Shown piece after piece: positions 20,370-30,437 of a stretch of DNA of 64,000 nucleotides. The notes under the pieces were generated by a model that was not told the DNA's origin, ran no database searches, and saw nothing but the letters and a program-made list of their open reading frames with translations. Every line of letters begins with the position of its first letter. The first letter of the stretch is position 1. Both the position numbers and the translations under genes were made by a program. The stretch is from a virus, in IMG/VR virus record IMGVR_UViG_3300044993_000765, positions 1-64,000 of that record, one strand, 5' to 3'.

Positions 20370-21787
20370 GGACGATATGTCCGGTAGGCGTTTTCGGCTT
20401 CCATCTCTCGCGTTGCGCGCTGGAGCTGATCGGTGCTTCTGCGCAGCAGTCCCTGTTGATCTTCCAGGCGTTGATCCATCTTCGCCAATTCTTCGAGCAT
20501 CCGCTGGCGTGCGTCGCGCAGGGTTCTCAGCCGTGCGGCATCAGCCGTGGGGCCTTCGCGCACCAAATCCAGATCCAGCCGCTTGAGACCGGCGTAGAGC
20601 TGGGCGCGTTCGGCGACCATGCGACGCATGTCCTGCAGGGTCTGCGCGGAAATCTGTCGAGCCCGGTCCAGCGACTGCGCCGGTGTCGATGGCGATGCAG
20701 ATGGCTTCGTCGCACCCGGCTCTGGCCTCGGTGCAAGGCCGATGCCGCTGGCTGCAGCGTAGCCGGCCAAACCTGCAGCCTGCCCCGTCCCCGCTGCCTG
20801 TGCGACTGTCGGAGGCAGGCCGCCGGTCTGCGAGGTACTGGAACCGCCCGTGTCGCCGATGTCCAGGCCATACCGCTGCGCCATCTGTTCGAGCTGCATC
20901 CTGCTCTCGGGCGTCGCCATCGGATCGGCGGCGGCCTTGAGCAGTTCCAGACGCAGTGCGTTGCGTGCCTTGACGTCTTCCCTGGCCAGTTCAGCTTGCT
21001 GCTCGAACCGCTTGAGCATCGCCGCCTGCGCCGCCTGCGTCTGCGCTGCACCATATGCCTGCAATTGCGTTCCGGGTTGGCCCGTCCGCGACTGCAGCAC
21101 GACGGCGGCCTCCCGCACGTCCAGAGGCATCGAGGCGCGTCCCTGCACATCGATCAACACCACCTTGCCATCCGGCTGCGCCGTGATTCGCCCGAGTCCC
21201 AGCCGCGAGAATTCAGCGTCTGCCGTAGCGATCTCGCCGGTCAACAACCGGTCGATCACCTGTCCGACCTGGGTCGCAGCAGACGGCGCGGCGGCACCGG
21301 CCTGGGCCGACAAGGCAGCAGGCGATTGCCGAAGCGTGTCGCGGATGGCGGCGTCGCGCTGCAGCGGGTCGATCAGACCATAGGTCGCGGCCCCCGCGCG
21401 TAGCTGCGCGGCTGGAGATTGCAACCGGTCGTCCAGCAAGGTGCGACGCGCGGCGGTGTTGTCCGGGGAATAGGCCCACTGCGACTCCTGCAGGGCCAGG
21501 CCGTTCTGACTGGCGTTCAGCCGGTAGGCGGCGCGCTGCACGTCCTCCTGATCGGGCAGCAGCCGGGCCTGCATGTCGGCAAGCCTAGCCTGATAGACGT
21601 TGCCCGCCTGCATCCGGTCCAATTCCGACGGATACAACTGAAATACACGGTCACGAGCGAAGCCATCCGCGTAGGCGGCATTGTTGGTCGCGGTCTGCTG
21701 GGCGATGGCGCGATCCAGCGCCGACTGCCAATTCGAGGCATGCGCGTTCGCGCGCTCCAGGATCGCGAGCGGGTCGTAGGTTTGCAT
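20366..21787 (-). CDS. Putative internal virion / DNA ejection protein
   Basis: Ala/Gln-rich helical 473-aa ORF coupled to the lysozyme gene. Position is typical of podoviral ejection proteins. Confidence 0.5.
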   Translation of the reverse strand: MQTYDPLAILERANAHASNWQSALDRAIAQQTATNNAAYADGFARDRVFQLYPSELDRMQAGNVYQARLADMQARLLPDQEDVQRAAYRLNASQNGLALQESQWAYSPDNTAARRTLLDDRLQSPAAQLRAGAATYGLIDPLQRDAAIRDTLRQSPAALSAQAGAAAPSAATQVGQVIDRLLTGEIATADAEFSRLGLGRITAQPDGKVVLIDVQGRASMPLDVREAAVVLQSRTGQPGTQLQAYGAAQTQAAQAAMLKRFEQQAELAREDVKARNALRLELLKAAADPMATPESRMQLEQMAQRYGLDIGDTGGSSTSQTGGLPPTVAQAAGTGQAAGLAGYAAASGIGLAPRPEPGATKPSASPSTPAQSLDRARQISAQTLQDMRRMVAERAQLYAGLKRLDLDLVREGPTADAARLRTLRDARQRMLEELAKMDQRLEDQQGLLRRSTDQLQRATREMEAENAYRTYRP

Positions 21788-21796
21788 GAGAGCGGC

Positions 21797-23050
21797 TTAT
21801 GCGTAGGGCGCGGAGCGGTCCGCGAAACCGCGAGCATCGCGCAGAGTGAATGTCTGAGGATCGTCTTCGGCATCGAGACCGAGACCGGGCACGCCCCGGG
21901 CCAGCATCGCCGTCCCCATGCCGAAGGACTGAAGACTGTTGGCTCGGGATTGCTGGAGAAGATAGCCAGAGAAGCGCCCGAAGCTGGCTTGCAAGGCACC
22001 GTAGTAGCCGCTCATGCCGCTCATCAACGCCTCGTTCGCGCCACTGATCGCAGCCGTCGCCGCGCGCATGTCCCCTGTCGCGCTCGCTTGCAGACTGCGT
22101 CCGACGTTGAACATCTGTAGCCGGCGATTGAACTGCACATCATCGCGGCGCCATGCCTGCAATTCCTCATAGCGCCAGGCGTGGTTCACGGCATCGACTT
22201 CGGTTCGTGCCAACTCGCTGTGAATCTCGCGCAGCAGGTTGGCGTTGGCGCCGGCGCAATACCGCGACAACCGGCGGTTCAGGCCGGTGATCGCCTTGCC
22301 GAAAGCGCGTGCAGCATCGTTCCGAGCGCGCCCCATGTGCACCTCATACTGAGGCATATAGCGCGGGTCGGCGGCGACCTGCGCCATGGTTGCGTCCTCG
22401 ACCGGAGCGAAAACCGTCGTATACCGACAATACTCTTTTTCGGCGATGACAAGTTGACGATTGGCGAGCGAGGCCTGATCGTTGGCGATCGAGCGGATCA
22501 GATCCCTCTGCTTGCTGGCGATGTAGTTGTCGACCGCGATCTGGATGGCGATCTGCCCGATAGCCTTCACTCCCACGCTGTCCAATTGCTGCTTGTAGGC
22601 CAGCTCCGCGAGATAGCGGTCCCTGCCCGCGGCCGGGTTCGGGACGACGTGCAGGGTCGGCTGGGCAAGGTAGGCCATCAGCGCACCGAGACCCGCCCCG
22701 ACGATTGTGCTGGTCACGCGGCTGTTGCCGTCCGGATCACTCGCGACGACTTCGACGTTTCCGGTTGCGCAGTTGAAGCGCGGCAAAGTCCGCCCAAAGC
22801 CGGCGTAGTCATCGTCTTCCAGCATCCAGCCCAGCAGTCCTCCGACGCCGGCACCGGCAAGGATCGTTCCCCAGGAGATCGTACCCGGCTGCACGGTCGG
22901 TAGCGTCGGGTTATAGATGACCTGCCGGATCTGCTGGTTGATGTCCTGACGCTGACTGGACTCGGCATTGATCCAGGCATTGACCGCAGAGGTGTTGTCG
23001 TTCTGGACAAGATTGCGGTGCTGGAGCATCGAGAGGTAAGCAGCGTCCAT
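21797..23050 (-). CDS. Putative internal virion / pilot protein
   Basis: Gly-rich hydrophobic segments (ILAGAGVGGLLG, IVGAGLGALM) and a helical body. Likely start MDAAYL at 23050. Confidence 0.5.
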   Translation of the reverse strand: MDAAYLSMLQHRNLVQNDNTSAVNAWINAESSQRQDINQQIRQVIYNPTLPTVQPGTISWGTILAGAGVGGLLGWMLEDDDYAGFGRTLPRFNCATGNVEVVASDPDGNSRVTSTIVGAGLGALMAYLAQPTLHVVPNPAAGRDRYLAELAYKQQLDSVGVKAIGQIAIQIAVDNYIASKQRDLIRSIANDQASLANRQLVIAEKEYCRYTTVFAPVEDATMAQVAADPRYMPQYEVHMGRARNDAARAFGKAITGLNRRLSRYCAGANANLLREIHSELARTEVDAVNHAWRYEELQAWRRDDVQFNRRLQMFNVGRSLQASATGDMRAATAAISGANEALMSGMSGYYGALQASFGRFSGYLLQQSRANSLQSFGMGTAMLARGVPGLGLDAEDDPQTFTLRDARGFADRSAPYA

Positions 23051-23094
23051 GAAGGACGCCCCACCCCAATTCGTGACGAGAACTGCAGTCGCCA

Positions 23095-23553
23095 TCAGCC
23101 GAGCCGCTTGCTGTAGGACATCGTGGCGGGACGGAAGCCAATCAGCGCCGGCATGCCGCAACCCGAGGCCAATTCGATCCGTAGCTGGGTTGCCTGCCGT
23201 TCTCTCGCCCAAGCTTCGAAGTCAGCGACCAGCTCGGTCGCCGTCGTCGCGGTGACACCCTCGGCACCGCCGTCGATCATCACCAGCGGCGCATGCGCCT
23301 GAATCTCGCCGTCCAGAGGTGCCAGTGCGTTGTAACCCATGAGCACCCCTACCGGCAGCCCCGCATCGTTGATCGCGGCGCCGACGTACATCGAAATACC
23401 GCCCGCGCCGGCCATGACCGGCACCAGCGAACGCACGATCCCCGCCTCATGCGGCTTGGTCTCGGGGTCGAGCGCGACGACATAGCGCCGAATTAGATCG
23501 ACCAGCACCTCGGCCATGCTGAGGGGGATGTCGTTGTTGCGTTTGATCTGCAT
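23095..23553 (-). CDS. Phage protein, possibly degenerate GNAT acetyltransferase
   Basis: SD GGAGG. C-terminal LVADFEAWARERQATQLRI...LIGFRP...YSKRL resembles GNAT ends. Confidence 0.5.
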   Translation of the reverse strand: MQIKRNNDIPLSMAEVLVDLIRRYVVALDPETKPHEAGIVRSLVPVMAGAGGISMYVGAAINDAGLPVGVLMGYNALAPLDGEIQAHAPLVMIDGGAEGVTATTATELVADFEAWARERQATQLRIELASGCGMPALIGFRPATMSYSKRLG

Positions 23554-23570
23554 GGAACCTCCAGAAACTG

Positions 23571-23594
23571 AAAACCCCGCCGAGGCGGGGTTCT
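23571..23594 (-). terminator. Intrinsic terminator, possibly bidirectional
   Basis: aaaaccccgccgaggcggggttct: GC stem with A/T flanks just downstream of the 410-aa HEPN gene. Confidence 0.7.
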
Positions 23595-23617
23595 TGGGCT
23601 TGCATCACGATAAAGAC

Positions 23618-24850
23618 TCAGGGAGTAAGGAATTCGATTCCGTCTTTGAGCAACTTGCTCCTAGCCTTGAGCTGATTTACATCCCGAGGAAGACTCAGAA
23701 ATTCGTGAAGCTCGGACAGAGAGCGGTAAGACAACGCATTTCCGATCAAAAACCAAAAAAGACACTTATAGTAGCTCTGAAGCAGGAAACAATTTGTCCT
23801 AGCCTCATTGGTTTGATGCCCGGCGTGGATGCTTGAATTCCGATATTCTCGCAAGTGCATCAGCACCTGTCGATGATAGTCGGCTTCCTGAAGGATGAAG
23901 CAACATCGCTCGACCAGCGCGTCGTAGTCAGCGACCCCCGGAGTCAGCAACATCTCAAATGCCCCCCAGAGGCGGATGAAAGCCGTATTCGGGTCTGGCT
24001 CATCTAGCGCACCAACATACCTCACCAGGGACTCAGCGATAACCTTTCCAAACGGAGAATTCTTGATCCTTCGCATGGCATATCGAGCGTTTTTTTGGAC
24101 AATTTCTGAATTCTTAAATCGATAAAGTTTTTCTTTCTTATACTCAGGAATATACCAAACCGCCTCTGAAGCCAGTTTTCCACCAGCATGATGAAGCGTC
24201 TGGAAACTTCCAAGCCTGATGAGATTGATAGGCTTATGGTCATTTCCACCGAACGAGATTTCTAGCGACTTGTTCGCCTCTAGGCACAAGATTCCACGAT
24301 AAACGTCGAGATAACGCAGAGCCTTGCTAGTAGCCATGTGCGCAGACTTCGCGTACACCGAGACGCCAATCACGCAATAATCTGAGGGCTCATCTTCTAT
24401 GCCAAGATGCCTTCCGTTCCGTTCGATCAAATCTTGCCTCGACCCGAACTTTTTTGGCATCCGCATGCCAAAAAAGTCAATCGATGAATTCAATGCCGAA
24501 ACTCGTCTCTGCCAAGTGGTCGAATCGAGAGAAATTGAAGTAATCAGTACGAATTTTTCTTCTTTCTTGGCGAGCTGTTTATTCAAACCCTTATTGATAG
24601 CAGTGATGAAGCTATCAGGTGAAAGGTCCGGACGCGATGCAAAGAGCGCACTGAATACTAGACCCGCCTTATCCATGTCCTCCGCAACCTGCGGAAATTC
24701 GAGCATCGACGAAAGCGCGGCTGCATCCTGGTGAATTTGGAAATCAGCAAAAGACGTTGATCCATCTTCGGCAATAGATCGAGTCTTGCCCAACCGCTCA
24801 AACACGACCTGAGGCTTAAACTTTTTAGGGTTTTTCCATTTTATCGGCAC
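23618..24850 (-). CDS. HEPN-domain protein (ApeA-like), putative anti-phage moron
   Basis: FIRLWGAFEMLL helix and YRNSSIH (RxxxxH). Low GC relative to its flanks. Confidence 0.65.
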   Translation of the reverse strand: MPIKWKNPKKFKPQVVFERLGKTRSIAEDGSTSFADFQIHQDAAALSSMLEFPQVAEDMDKAGLVFSALFASRPDLSPDSFITAINKGLNKQLAKKEEKFVLITSISLDSTTWQRRVSALNSSIDFFGMRMPKKFGSRQDLIERNGRHLGIEDEPSDYCVIGVSVYAKSAHMATSKALRYLDVYRGILCLEANKSLEISFGGNDHKPINLIRLGSFQTLHHAGGKLASEAVWYIPEYKKEKLYRFKNSEIVQKNARYAMRRIKNSPFGKVIAESLVRYVGALDEPDPNTAFIRLWGAFEMLLTPGVADYDALVERCCFILQEADYHRQVLMHLREYRNSSIHAGHQTNEARTNCFLLQSYYKCLFWFLIGNALSYRSLSELHEFLSLPRDVNQLKARSKLLKDGIEFLTP

Positions 24851-24882
24851 ATCTTCTCCTCGGCGCTAAATGAACCTCGACC

Positions 24883-25098
24883 TCAGGAGTCAGAATTACT
24901 AGCACTACGCTCAAACGGGTCAACTTGGCCTTTCCGAACAAGGCTCCTCAGCAGCATCTTTGCGACTTGATTTTCCGACATACCTCCAAGCTGCGTAAAC
25001 TCACACCCTCGCTCACCGAATACGGTGACCACGTTTTCGTTGACGTGATATTCGGCTTGGTATCGCTTGTTGTCTTTTTCAATCTCTACGAAACCCAT
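24883..25098 (-). CDS. Small hypothetical moron protein (71 aa)
   Basis: GGAGG before ATG 25098; lies in the low-GC island. Confidence 0.55.
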   Translation of the reverse strand: MGFVEIEKDNKRYQAEYHVNENVVTVFGERGCEFTQLGGMSENQVAKMLLRSLVRKGQVDPFERSASNSDS

Positions 25099-25257
25099 CC
25101 CGCCTCCGTAGCTTGAGTCCAAAAAAATTATTTTTTCGGAAAATTAAATCGGGATTTGCCGCGCTTGCTGGTAATAAACCACCTAGCGACCTCCGAATTC
25201 GGCGGCTAATGAGCAGCGTATTATGCTGCTCATGGACGCCCATCACTAAGATACCTA

Positions 25258-25536
25258 CTATTCGATTCGGCCCAACAATACCCGCAAATGTTCTAAAGGA
25301 GCGCGACTCAGGTCATCCGCAACATCCATCTTGCCTTGCGAAGAAGGCGTCAACGTGATACGGGCCTCAACTTCCGCTTTCAAATCGTCAAGCGATGGCC
25401 AAGAGCCTTTTTCGAGCATCTCACCCATGATCTTTCCCAGCACCGCATCCCGGAGGAAAGGGCCTGATTTCTCGACGCTTCTACGATGCATGTCGCCAAG
25501 CCGCTTGACCTTAGCATCGACTCTTGAGTCTGTCAC
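25258..25536 (-). CDS. Small hypothetical moron protein (92 aa)
   Basis: GGAGG upstream; protein-like helical composition. Confidence 0.55.
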   Translation of the reverse strand: MTDSRVDAKVKRLGDMHRRSVEKSGPFLRDAVLGKIMGEMLEKGSWPSLDDLKAEVEARITLTPSSQGKMDVADDLSRAPLEHLRVLLGRIE

Positions 25537-25831
25537 AACACACCTCCGATGGCACTCTCGTCATCAACTAGCCATGAACAATGCTTCACCCGTGAATTCG
25601 CGTTGCCGTTTGAGTATAGCGATAGCGCCAAATAAGTTGCAAAGATAAACGCTGCAGGTTTGCAGTCTCAAATACTGAGACTGATTGCATGGCCATGGTG
25701 TCAGCAAGGACCCCGCCTAACAACCATCCGGGCTGGGCTGCCAATGGCCACGCAACCTGACGAGGAACAGGATAACGCCGGGGCGTCGGACGGGCCATCC
25801 GCCGTTCCCTCGCGGCCGCGTCAGAGTTTCC

Positions 25832-27505
25832 TTACCGCTCCGCCAGTTCGGCTATGCTGCTGGCGATGTGGATTTCCCGCAGCGCGCCTTTGTCAGGGGA
25901 TTCCGGCCGCTCGATCTCGATCTCGAACCCCAGGTGCCGGCTCAGATGCGGCAGGCGGAACGGGTTGGAGTGACGGAGTTCGCGCTCAAACCGTAGCCTG
26001 TCGTCGGTCCATAACCGGAATGTGGTGGCGGGAGCCGCATCAGTCCAGTCACCGCGGAACGGGTGGGCGTCCCAGACCACCTTCGCCGCCGCCCAGTTCA
26101 TATGCCCTGGCGTGACCGTGCAGCGCGTCCGGTAGCGCAGCGGCAGATAGGTCGGCCCGGCGTTCCACTGACCGATGCCGGTCGGCAGCGCCAGGAACAG
26201 CGCGTCGGTGCGGCTGCGGTGCAGCGCGCTTGGCCGCAGCGACAAGGCGATCAGCCCCAACTGCCGGCCGGGATAGACCGGATCGGTCAGGTCGAGCATC
26301 CAGCCGCTGTTCGCGGCGAAGCCGAACCACAGGCCATCGTGGACGGCAGCGAGCATCGTCTCAGGCTGCAAGGCTGCGAAGTCATCCTCGCTCCAGTACG
26401 CCTGACTGACACGCAGGCATTGGCGACCCGTGAGCAACACCAGCCCGTCGCGGCCGGCGTACAGCGCAGCGGCGCTGGGCGTCGTGGCCATCGACCGCCG
26501 TGATGCGCAGGGCATGGGTTCGGGCATTCGGAACACCTCACGTCTGCCCCACTCGTCCGCCTGCGGCGCGATCCAGTACGGATGCCCGTCCGTGGCCACG
26601 TACAGCCCGCTGTCGGTCCAGGCCAGCGCGACGATGGTGTCGTCGAGGTGCAGGCGGTAGGCATCCGGCCACGCATGGAACTCGTGCGGCTCGCAGAACC
26701 AGAGGTCGCGACCCGCGGCGCCCGCCAACTGCGCGCCGTTCGGCTCGGCGACCAGATGGGTCAACCCCTCCGGCGGCGGGGCGAAGCGCATTGTCGTCAG
26801 CGGCTCGCCCAGGTCGAGGTTCCGCAGCGCGTCATTGACGCCACCTATCGCCGCCGGAAACTCGCCGACCAGATGGAAATCTTCCGCGCGCGGCAGGCCG
26901 ATCTGCTCGGCCCCGGCATCGCTCGCGGTCAGGCGGTACAGCCGCACCGCCTGCACGTCCCAACCGCCGACCGGCGGGCCGTCCCATTGCACCCGAACGG
27001 CGGCACCGTCGTCGATCCCGAACCGCACGCTCGGCAGTGAGGGCGGCCCCTCGTTCCCGAAACGATCCACATACGTCACCACGTAGGCCCGGTACTCGCT
27101 GCGCTGGTCATTCGGCCCGGCCCAGCCCGGCGGCGCGCTAGGGGTCGCGATCGGCGGCGTCGGCACGGGCAGACCCAACCGCCACCAGCGTCCGGCCACG
27201 GCGTCCGCCGCATCGGCCCAGACCGGGACGCGCAGATCTTCGCCGACCGCGATCACGCGCGGGCAACCGGGCAGGCCGGCAACAAGATCATCGACTCCGG
27301 ACAAGACGATCCAGCCGGCCTCCGTTCGGAAGATCGTGCGATGCGACGCCCCACGCGGATCGACCGGCAGCGGTGTGGGATACGCCTCGATGGTGCCGTG
27401 CCAGAGGTTCACGTTCTCGGCCCAGGTCGCCTCATTGCCCTGCAACAGCGTGCGGTTGATCCGGGGACGCATGCCGGCGAAGGCGGACTTCAGGATAGAG
27501 GGCAT
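25832..27505 (-). CDS. Phage tail/nozzle-like structural protein
   Basis: 557-aa beta-rich ORF with AYVVTYVDRFGNEGPPS, downstream of the head-tail adaptor genes. Confidence 0.6.
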   Translation of the reverse strand: MPSILKSAFAGMRPRINRTLLQGNEATWAENVNLWHGTIEAYPTPLPVDPRGASHRTIFRTEAGWIVLSGVDDLVAGLPGCPRVIAVGEDLRVPVWADAADAVAGRWWRLGLPVPTPPIATPSAPPGWAGPNDQRSEYRAYVVTYVDRFGNEGPPSLPSVRFGIDDGAAVRVQWDGPPVGGWDVQAVRLYRLTASDAGAEQIGLPRAEDFHLVGEFPAAIGGVNDALRNLDLGEPLTTMRFAPPPEGLTHLVAEPNGAQLAGAAGRDLWFCEPHEFHAWPDAYRLHLDDTIVALAWTDSGLYVATDGHPYWIAPQADEWGRREVFRMPEPMPCASRRSMATTPSAAALYAGRDGLVLLTGRQCLRVSQAYWSEDDFAALQPETMLAAVHDGLWFGFAANSGWMLDLTDPVYPGRQLGLIALSLRPSALHRSRTDALFLALPTGIGQWNAGPTYLPLRYRTRCTVTPGHMNWAAAKVVWDAHPFRGDWTDAAPATTFRLWTDDRLRFERELRHSNPFRLPHLSRHLGFEIEIERPESPDKGALREIHIASSIAELAER

Positions 27506-27558
27506 AATTCAGGCTCTACGGGGGCGGTGGCCGGTCCCCGGCCACCCATAAGGACACC

Positions 27559-28659
27559 TTGGACATGAACACGTCCGTGCAGCCGGAGGCAGACGATGGG
27601 AAAACGATGGAACCGCCCCTGCCACCATCGACGGTCCCGACAACGACCACGTTGAATCTGCGCGCACTGGATTCGGATCACGAGTGGAACGAACGCTTCG
27701 CCGACAACCTCCGTTACCTCGTTGTCGAGTGCGGTCGATTCATGGACTTGCGTCTACTCGAAGGCGTGACGGTCGGTTTCAACTACGACGATGCGTTGAA
27801 CTCCGTCGACCTCGGCTACGAGTCGTCGGTCGCGAAGGGATACACCAAAGAAGGCGGACTCGTCGGCGTCGGCAAACTGCTCCGCGTTCTTCGCGACGAC
27901 GGCATCAAAGCGCACATCGTCATCGACGCCGGGGTTCTGCACCCGCTCGCGGAATTAGAACATCCCCTGTTCCTGTCCACGGCCAACATCCTCGCGCACG
28001 AACTGGCGCATGTGAACGTGATGCTCTGGCTCGTCGAATACAACCTGGAGGTTACGCCCGCACCACTCAGCAGCGACGGCGTTGTGCATGCGATGCGCGA
28101 GGCCGCGTACACGATCTGGGAGGAATACGCCGCCTGTCGATTGAGTGCCAGAATTTCCGGAGACCAGGTGACGACGAACTACGCGAAGAGCGTCGAAATC
28201 TCAATGCCCGGCGCCGTTGGACGTGCCCGCGAGGGCATCAAAGGCTTTCGCAAACATGGGAATTTCGGACAGCTTCTTACCGAAACGCTGACCGCCATCG
28301 CCACGCCCATCAAGATGCTGGCTTATTTGCTCGGCCATCTTGACGGACTGGATCGAGAGACCGACCGCAAGACGCTTGCCCCTGCCTGCGTTGACGACGA
28401 GCTATGCCCTGCCGTTCCGATCGTGCATGACGCATTGCGACAAGCATGGGAGGCGCGGCACGACAGGCAAGGAATCTCAGCCGTAGACGGCATTGTCGAC
28501 GCCTTGCAGAAGGCGCTGGAGATTGCCGGCGTCCAACTTCGCCTCAGCGAAGAAGGCGATGGCTCGATGATCCAAGCTCCGTTTACTGCGGCCACCATGC
28601 CCAATGGCGAGCTGGATATGGCAATCATCCGGCTCCAGCGCATGCTGGGGGCGGAATAA
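27559..28659 (+). CDS. Putative zincin metallopeptidase (moron)
   Basis: ILAHELAHV (HExxH) plus downstream IWEEYAA. Antisense to the late operon. Confidence 0.6.
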   Translation: MDMNTSVQPEADDGKTMEPPLPPSTVPTTTTLNLRALDSDHEWNERFADNLRYLVVECGRFMDLRLLEGVTVGFNYDDALNSVDLGYESSVAKGYTKEGGLVGVGKLLRVLRDDGIKAHIVIDAGVLHPLAELEHPLFLSTANILAHELAHVNVMLWLVEYNLEVTPAPLSSDGVVHAMREAAYTIWEEYAACRLSARISGDQVTTNYAKSVEISMPGAVGRAREGIKGFRKHGNFGQLLTETLTAIATPIKMLAYLLGHLDGLDRETDRKTLAPACVDDELCPAVPIVHDALRQAWEARHDRQGISAVDGIVDALQKALEIAGVQLRLSEEGDGSMIQAPFTAATMPNGELDMAIIRLQRMLGAE

Positions 28660-28675
28660 ATCTGTAGACAACGAC

Positions 28676-29296
28676 ATGACAATGACAGGCTCTTTCGGAA
28701 TTCTCCTGCGAACCTTCTTCTCACTTCATCATGCGCAAGCGGCATCATTCCACGCGCGTCAAGCGATTGGCATAACGCTGGATGGCACGGAGGAGACTGC
28801 GATTGCCCTGGGCGCACACGTCTCGGCCGCCGTGATTTCCGCTGGCGCGTTTTTGGAAGCCACCGTCAACGAAATCAGTGAGAGCGACGAGCGAAGCGGC
28901 GCATTGGAGCGTTTGAACACATATCTCATGGCGCATAACGCCCAGTGCATTCCAAAGAGCGATCCGCGCTGGCAATCGGCCAAGACGCTGATGGAGCTGC
29001 GCAACCGCCTCGTGCATTACACGCACGACTGGCTTGACGATGGCTCCGACCATATGATCGGAGACAAGGCGCTCAACAAATCCACGCTTCTCTCACGCAT
29101 GCAAGCAGAATTTGTGTTCCTGCCGCCACCAGGGCACTACATTCCACGATTCCTTTCGCCGGACTGCGCGGCCTGGGCCATCGGCACTGCGACGACACTT
29201 CTGGACGAGTTCTTTCAGCGACTCGGCAGACAACCGTTCCATGACCACTTGCGCGATCGGATCGAATTGGAACGACCCCGCCCTACACATCTGTGA
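28676..29296 (+). CDS. HEPN-domain protein (moron)
   Basis: AFLEATVNE helix and LRNRLVH (RxxxxH). Starts 16 nt after the peptidase stop. Confidence 0.6.
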   Translation: MTMTGSFGILLRTFFSLHHAQAASFHARQAIGITLDGTEETAIALGAHVSAAVISAGAFLEATVNEISESDERSGALERLNTYLMAHNAQCIPKSDPRWQSAKTLMELRNRLVHYTHDWLDDGSDHMIGDKALNKSTLLSRMQAEFVFLPPPGHYIPRFLSPDCAAWAIGTATTLLDEFFQRLGRQPFHDHLRDRIELERPRPTHL

Positions 29297-29798
29297 CCGA
29301 TGCTCGGCTCACCGCTCGCGCTGTCATCCCGCCGCACCGCACCCAGATCGTCATGGACGCCACCTCACAGCCGGCGACGGCCACGCGCCCGAGATACCAC
29401 CCTTCCGGCGCTTCGGTCAGATCATGGTCGATAACGAAGGTCGCGACTCCTCGCACGACGGATACCGCCGTGTAGGTCTTCGAGGGTGACGGCACGACAA
29501 CGGGCAACGCGCCCTCGCAAGGGCGACACGACGCGAGCGTCGGCGAGCACTTGCCACAGTCGTCGCAATTCGATTCCCCGCAGCCACCACATCCGCCCCA
29601 GCGGCCTTCCGTTACGTCATGCGCGCGCGGGCACGGCGGCGTGCAGGCATCCGCGCAGTCCAGCACGGGCTGACACACGCTTTCGCCCTTGCGGGTGACG
29701 GTCAAGGTCACGTTCGTCGCATCGACGGTCGCGCAGTCGCGCATCAACACGACTTGCAGGCGTTCGGTATTCGGCTCGACGATCAGCGGACGCGCCAT
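29283..29798 (-). CDS. Cys-rich phage structural/hypothetical protein
   Basis: SD AGGAG; in the late operon; contains a Cys-rich insert. Confidence 0.55.
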   Translation of the reverse strand: MARPLIVEPNTERLQVVLMRDCATVDATNVTLTVTRKGESVCQPVLDCADACTPPCPRAHDVTEGRWGGCGGCGESNCDDCGKCSPTLASCRPCEGALPVVVPSPSKTYTAVSVVRGVATFVIDHDLTEAPEGWYLGRVAVAGCEVASMTIWVRCGGMTARAVSRASVTDV

Positions 29799-29807
29799 GC
29801 CGTTCTC

Positions 29808-30437
29808 CTACACCGCAAAATCGCCGCGTTCCAACACCATCATCCGCGCGCCGCCTGTGCGACCACGTAAGCGGCGCGTGCGGGCGCGCAGGATCTCGGC
29901 ATCGAAACGTTGGCCGTAGATGGTCGCTAAACGCGGATCGCTGAACGACTGTCCAGGCAAGAGCAGCACGTCTGCGAGCGCCCCCTCCACAAGCGCACGC
30001 CCCCACTCCTCGGCGAGTCGCGCATCGAGTCGGCACGCATCGTGGCGCGGGGCAGCCACATAACGCACGCGCAAGGTGTCGCAGGCATCGCCGTCACGAT
30101 CGGTCCAGACCGACACATCCGGCGTCTCCAACGCTTCCACCCGGAAGCCGCAGCCCGTTTCGATCACGTCGCGGCGCGGATCGAGCGGATCGCATCCGAT
30201 AGACACCGCGATCACGCGGACCACACGCTCGCACTCCGCCGGCACGACAGGATAATCGCGCACCCCGCAGGCCATCGGCAATCGCACCTCGCGCTCCAGC
30301 CAGCCGGTTGCTTCACAGAAGCGGATCGCCGTATCGCGCAGGTAGCTGTGCGCCGCCACATCCGGCAACCCCGGCGCGGCGGCCACGACTCTCGCCAGGA
30401 ACGGCGTGAAGTCGGTGAACCCCGGTCCACAGCTCAC
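29808..30437 (-). CDS. Head-tail adaptor-like protein
   Basis: GTG start overlaps the upstream TGA (GTGA). Motif LRDTAIRFCEAT...GALADVLLLPGQSFSDP. Confidence 0.6.
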   Translation of the reverse strand: MSCGPGFTDFTPFLARVVAAAPGLPDVAAHSYLRDTAIRFCEATGWLEREVRLPMACGVRDYPVVPAECERVVRVIAVSIGCDPLDPRRDVIETGCGFRVEALETPDVSVWTDRDGDACDTLRVRYVAAPRHDACRLDARLAEEWGRALVEGALADVLLLPGQSFSDPRLATIYGQRFDAEILRARTRRLRGRTGGARMMVLERGDFAV

